27,702 nt of DNA from Candidatus Rokuibacteriota bacterium (lineage in GTDB: Bacteria > Methylomirabilota > Methylomirabilia > Rokubacteriales > CSP1-6), in NCBI GenBank assembly GCA_016184305.1, contig JACPCX010000111.1, forward strand, positions 1 through 27,702, read 5' to 3'. This document shows positions 23,937 to 27,702 of the stretch, in pieces. The notes beneath the pieces are model-generated. The model was not told the DNA's origin. It ran no database searches and was given only the letters and a program-made list of their open reading frames with translations. Each line of letters begins with the position of its first letter. The first letter of the stretch is position 1. A program made the position numbers and the translations under genes.

Positions 23937-24739
23937 CGCCCGATCCGATCGCGGTCCCTCGCGTGTGGACACGCTACACGCCCGCGCAAACCGCAGGGCG
24001 CCTCCTCCTCCGCGTGGCCAGTGCCGTCGCGATCGTGTGGGCCGCGCGAGGCATGGGTGTGCGCTGGGAGTGGGTGGCCGACTCGCCGACGCAGCTGGCC
24101 GACCTCTTCGGGCGGATGCTGCCGCCCGACTGGGCCTTTGCCGGCGCGCTGGTAGAGCCGCTGCTCCAGACGGTGAACATCGCCACCCTCGGCACGGCGA
24201 TGGCGGTGGTGCTGGCCTGCCCCGTCGCGTTCCTGGCGGCGCGCAACACCACGCTCAACCGCGTCTCGTATCTGGCCGCGCGGCTCCTCATCGTCGTGAG
24301 CCGCTCCGTGGACTCGCTGGTCTGGGCCCTCATCTTCATCATCATCGTGGGGCCGGGCTCCCTGGCGGGGGCGCTGGCCGTGGCCGTCCGCTCGATCGGC
24401 TTCGTCTCCAAGCTCTTCGCCGAGGGGATCGAGGAGATCGACCGCGGGCAGGTGGAGGCCGTGACGGCCACCGGCGCGGGGCGCTTGCATGTGCTCTTCT
24501 ACGGGATCGTCCCGCAGATTCGCCCCGTCTTCGCGGGCGTCTGCGTCTTCCGCTGGGACATCAACATCAGGGAGTCCACCGTGCTCGGGATCGTCGGGGC
24601 GGGCGGCATCGGCTTCGTGCTGAACACGGCGATCCTCGGGCTCGAGTGGGCGCGTGTCGGCCTCATCCTGCTCGTCATCCTCGGTGTGGTGGCGCTGTCG
24701 GAGGTGGGCTCGGCCGCGATCCGCAGGCGGCTCACATGA
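23933..24739 (+). CDS. phnE: Phosphonate-type ABC permease (second copy)
   Basis: GTGA-coupled start; [37 protein letters not shown]. Confidence 0.92.
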   Translation: MTPDPIAVPRVWTRYTPAQTAGRLLLRVASAVAIVWAARGMGVRWEWVADSPTQLADLFGRMLPPDWAFAGALVEPLLQTVNIATLGTAMAVVLACPVAFLAARNTTLNRVSYLAARLLIVVSRSVDSLVWALIFIIIVGPGSLAGALAVAVRSIGFVSKLFAEGIEEIDRGQVEAVTATGAGRLHVLFYGIVPQIRPVFAGVCVFRWDINIRESTVLGIVGAGGIGFVLNTAILGLEWARVGLILLVILGVVALSEVGSAAIRRRLT

Positions 24740-25524
24740 GCATGTCGCGCAGGGAGCTCCGCGCGCTGCGCGGCTTCGTCTTCGATCTGGACGGCTGCGT
24801 GTGGACGGGCGACATCCTCGTGCCGGGGGCGGCCGAGGTGCTGGCGCTCCTCCGGCAGCAGGGGCGTCGCGTGTCCTTCCTCACCAACAACTCGCGGGCA
24901 CGGTCGGCCACCATGCAGGCCAAGCTCGAGCGCCTTGGCGTGGAGGCCGCGGTCGCGGACGTCCTCACCCCGCTCGAGATCCTCGGCGAGGTGATCGCGA
25001 CGCGCTGGGGGATCTCGCGGGTGCTCGCCATCGGAGGCCCTGAGCTCGAGGCCGCCGTGCTGGATGGCGGGCACAGGCTCGTGGCGGTGGACCGCTACGG
25101 CGAGGCCACGGTGGTCGTGGTGGGCAACGACTTCGCGTTCAGCTACGAGAGGCTGACGGCGGCGTCGCGCGCCATCGCCGCGGGTGCCGCCTTCGTCACG
25201 CCGAACCTCGATCCGCGGCTGCCCCTCGAGGGGGGCGACTTCCTGCCCGGGTGCGGCGCCGTCGTGGAGGCCGTGGCCGCGGCCTCGGGCGCGCGCCCGG
25301 TCGTGATCGGCAAGCCCGAGCCGCCGCTCTTCGAGCTGGCGCTGGAGCGGATGGAGTTGCGGGCCGAGGACGCCGCGATGGTGGGCGACAGCGTGGACTC
25401 CGACATCCGCGGCGCCCGGCGTGTGGGGATGACGGCCATTCTCTTCGCGCCCGACGGCGGCCTCGACGGCGTCGCGCATTTCATGGTGAAGTCCATGACC
25501 CAGCTCAAGCGCCTGCTGCAATAG
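24736..25524 (+). CDS. HAD-IIA (NagD-like) phosphatase
   Basis: ATGA-coupled; FDLDGCVW (DxD), FLTNNS, GKPEP, MVGDSVDSDI. Confidence 0.92.
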   Translation: MSMSRRELRALRGFVFDLDGCVWTGDILVPGAAEVLALLRQQGRRVSFLTNNSRARSATMQAKLERLGVEAAVADVLTPLEILGEVIATRWGISRVLAIGGPELEAAVLDGGHRLVAVDRYGEATVVVVGNDFAFSYERLTAASRAIAAGAAFVTPNLDPRLPLEGGDFLPGCGAVVEAVAAASGARPVVIGKPEPPLFELALERMELRAEDAAMVGDSVDSDIRGARRVGMTAILFAPDGGLDGVAHFMVKSMTQLKRLLQ

Positions 25525-25664
25525 GGGTCAGGTCTTGCGTTACGACATCGATGAGAGTGCGGTCTTGCGTTGTGATATGAGGGCACGGGTCATCGTGTAC
25601 CGCCCGGCGCGCAGGAGCGGGGGCCGGGGCCGGGGCTACATGTCGGATTTCAAGACCTGACCCC
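25524..25664. repeat. Inverted-repeat element bounded by GGGGTCAGGTCTTG-N6-GACAT
   Basis: 25524-25548 versus the reverse complement of 25640-25664: 21/25; third partial copy GGTCTTGCGTT at 25561. Confidence 0.8.
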
Positions 25665-26603
25665 ACTGAGCTGGGGCATCACGGTCCGCGCGAAGAGCTC
25701 CAGCGCGGCGATGTCCTCCTGATCCAGCATCTGCAGGAGTACCCGCTCGATCCCCGCCTCGGCCCACCGCGTGAGATCCGCCACGACGGCCTCGGGCGAG
25801 CCCGCGAGGAAGCCCGCCGCGCGCCACGCCCCCTCGTCCTCGGGCATCGCGGGAAAGATGGCGCGGGCCGCGACGATCCGCTGCGCCACGTCGGCCGAGT
25901 CGCAGCCGACGGCGAGGGGGACCATGAGCGAGCGCGTGATGGTCTCGGGATCGCGGCCGAACGCGCGGCAGTGCTCGGCCAGGACCTGGCGCTTGTGCCG
26001 GAATCCGTCCACGTCCACGCGCGTCACGTTCCACTCGTCCGCGAGCTCGGCCACGATGCGCAGCGTGCGCCGCTCGCCCCGCCCGCCCACCACGAGCCGC
26101 AGCCTGCCATGGGGCGGCAGGGGGTGGCTCTCGGCCTTGCGGAGCGGGTAATAGGGCTGCTCGAGCGTGACCGGCTGGCCCGCCCCGAGCGCGCGGATGA
26201 GCCGGGCGCCGCACTCGAGCCGATCGAGCCGCTCCGTGAGGGACGGGAAGGGCAGCCCGAACATCGCGTGCTCGTACTCGTTCCAGCCGCCGCCGATGCC
26301 GAGGTCGAACCGGCCGCCCGACAGCTCGTCCACGGCCGCCGCCATCTTGGCGAGCAGCGCCGGATGGTAGAAGGTGAGCGGGGAGACCAGGGGACCGAAG
26401 CGGATGCGGCGCGTCCGTGTGGCCAGCGCGGTGAGCGAGGTCCACGTCTCGAGCGACGGCCGCCGCGACTGGCCCGAGAGGCCCGTCAGGTGATCGGAGC
26501 GGCACAGCGACTCATAGCCCAGCTCCTCGGCCGCCTGCGCGAGCCTGAGCCAGCGCTCCCAGGTGAGTCCTTCCTGTCCCTCGATCATGATCCCGACGCG
26601 CAT
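25650..26603 (-). CDS. LLM-class (probably F420-dependent) oxidoreductase
   Basis: SD AGGAGG; MIEGQEGLTW, RSDH, SGGRFDLGIGGGW..EH, GGRGERRTL..A..ADEWN. Confidence 0.9.
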   Translation of the reverse strand: MRVGIMIEGQEGLTWERWLRLAQAAEELGYESLCRSDHLTGLSGQSRRPSLETWTSLTALATRTRRIRFGPLVSPLTFYHPALLAKMAAAVDELSGGRFDLGIGGGWNEYEHAMFGLPFPSLTERLDRLECGARLIRALGAGQPVTLEQPYYPLRKAESHPLPPHGRLRLVVGGRGERRTLRIVAELADEWNVTRVDVDGFRHKRQVLAEHCRAFGRDPETITRSLMVPLAVGCDSADVAQRIVAARAIFPAMPEDEGAWRAAGFLAGSPEAVVADLTRWAEAGIERVLLQMLDQEDIAALELFARTVMPQLSGVRS

Positions 26604-26669
26604 GTGATGGCCTCCTGGCGCCATGATAGACTGAACGAGCTGTGAGCGACACGCTCGACCTCACCGACC

Positions 26670-27702
26670 ATGCCTCCAGAGCCAGTCCCTACCACTCGCC
26701 CGGCGACTAGCCGGGGTGACCGTCCGGCGCCCGGCGGCAAGCCGAAGCGCCTCCTCCTGCTGATCCCCACCACGACCTATCGCACGGAGGACTTCGTCGA
26801 GGCGGCGCGCCGGCTCGAGGTGGATCTCGTGATCGCCTCCGAGCGGCCCAATGTCATGGCCTCCGAGTTCCCCGATCACCTGCTGAGCCTTCCCTTCAAC
26901 GACCCCGACGCGGCGGCGCGGCAGGTCGAGGCGCTCGCGCGCAACCGGCCGATCCACGCGGTGGTGCCCGTGGACGATACCACCACGGTGGTCGGCGCGG
27001 CCATCGCGGAGCGGCTCGGTCTCCCCTCGGCCAACTCGGTCGCCGCGGTGAGCGCCACGCGCAACAAGCTGCGGATGCGCGAGATCCTGGCACGGGCCGG
27101 CGTGCCCGGGCCGGACTACACCTCCTTTGCGGTGACCGAGGACCCGGCCGCCGCGGCCCGGCGCGTTCCGTACTCGTGTGTCGTGAAGCCCCTGGTGCTC
27201 TCGGCGAGCCGCGGCGTGATCCGCGCCGACGACGAGGGGGAGTTCGTGGCGGCCTTCCGGCGCATCGCCGCCATCCTGGCCGACCCCGAGGTCCAGGCGC
27301 TCGGCGAAGGCGCCGACCGCATCCTGGTGGAGCGCTTCATCCCTGGCGCGGAGGTGGCGCTGGAGGGGCTCCTGAACCATGGCGAGCTGAACACGCTGGC
27401 GCTCTTCGACAAGCCCGATCCGCTGGACGGCCCGTTCTTCGAGGAGACCATCTACGTGACCCCGTCGCGGCTGCCGGCCGAGACGCAGCGGGCCATCCAG
27501 GTATGCGCCGCGCGCGCCGCGACGGCGCTGGGGCTGCAGGATGGCCCGGTGCACGCCGAGCTTCGCCTCGACAGAGACGGGCCGTGGATGCTCGAGATCG
27601 CCACCCGCTCCATCGGCGGGCTCTGCTCGCGCACGCTGCGCTTCGGCACGGGGCTCACCCTGGAAGAGATCATCCTGCGCCACGCCCTCGGGCTCCCCAT
27701 CG
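26670..27702 (+). CDS. ATP-grasp domain protein (3'-truncated by the window; not in the supplied ORF track)
   Basis: ATG 26670 after an in-frame TGA at 26643; LLLLIPTTTYR, RNKLRMRE, VVKPLVLSASRGVIRAD, LVERFIPGAEVALEG, GPVHAELRL, EIATRSIGG. Confidence 0.88.
   Translation, partial: MPPEPVPTTRPATSRGDRPAPGGKPKRLLLLIPTTTYRTEDFVEAARRLEVDLVIASERPNVMASEFPDHLLSLPFNDPDAAARQVEALARNRPIHAVVPVDDTTTVVGAAIAERLGLPSANSVAAVSATRNKLRMREILARAGVPGPDYTSFAVTEDPAAAARRVPYSCVVKPLVLSASRGVIRADDEGEFVAAFRRIAAILADPEVQALGEGADRILVERFIPGAEVALEGLLNHGELNTLALFDKPDPLDGPFFEETIYVTPSRLPAETQRAIQVCAARAATALGLQDGPVHAELRLDRDGPWMLEIATRSIGGLCSRTLRFGTGLTLEEIILRHALGLPI

Overview
Very GC-rich bacterial chromosomal window. Gene content and repeat types suggest a Rokubacteria/Methylomirabilota-like lineage (inference only). 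Intact loci: the 3' part of a LarA-family racemase, tctCBA, a Phd/YefM-VapC toxin-antitoxin (TA) pair, a CheY-like receiver, a hisN/IMPase gene with a ThDP enzyme, a Dpp-type ABC operon with Tat-exported binding protein and no ATPase that ends in a shikimate-kinase-like gene, a YkoP-like gene, an all-TPR protein, a CHASE2 class III cyclase fused in frame to a FecR/DUF928-like secreted protein, ChaN, phnDCEE with a HAD-IIA phosphatase, an LLM oxidoreductase and a partial ATP-grasp gene. Most notable observations: (1) a ~3 kb segment (3616-6597) of nested direct repeats and gene fragments around an intact TA pair; (2) a cyclase with guanylate-cyclase-like specificity residues whose fusion to the next gene depends on one base in a G7 tract; (3) a duplicated, structured 5' leader upstream of the Dpp operon; (4) recurring leaderless promoters, including a divergent gene pair only 9 bp apart; (5) several internal-deletion scars; (6) three kinds of small repeat/MITE-like elements. 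No rRNA, tRNA, CRISPR array, integrase or transposase was seen. All family calls are from motif recognition by eye, not database searches.
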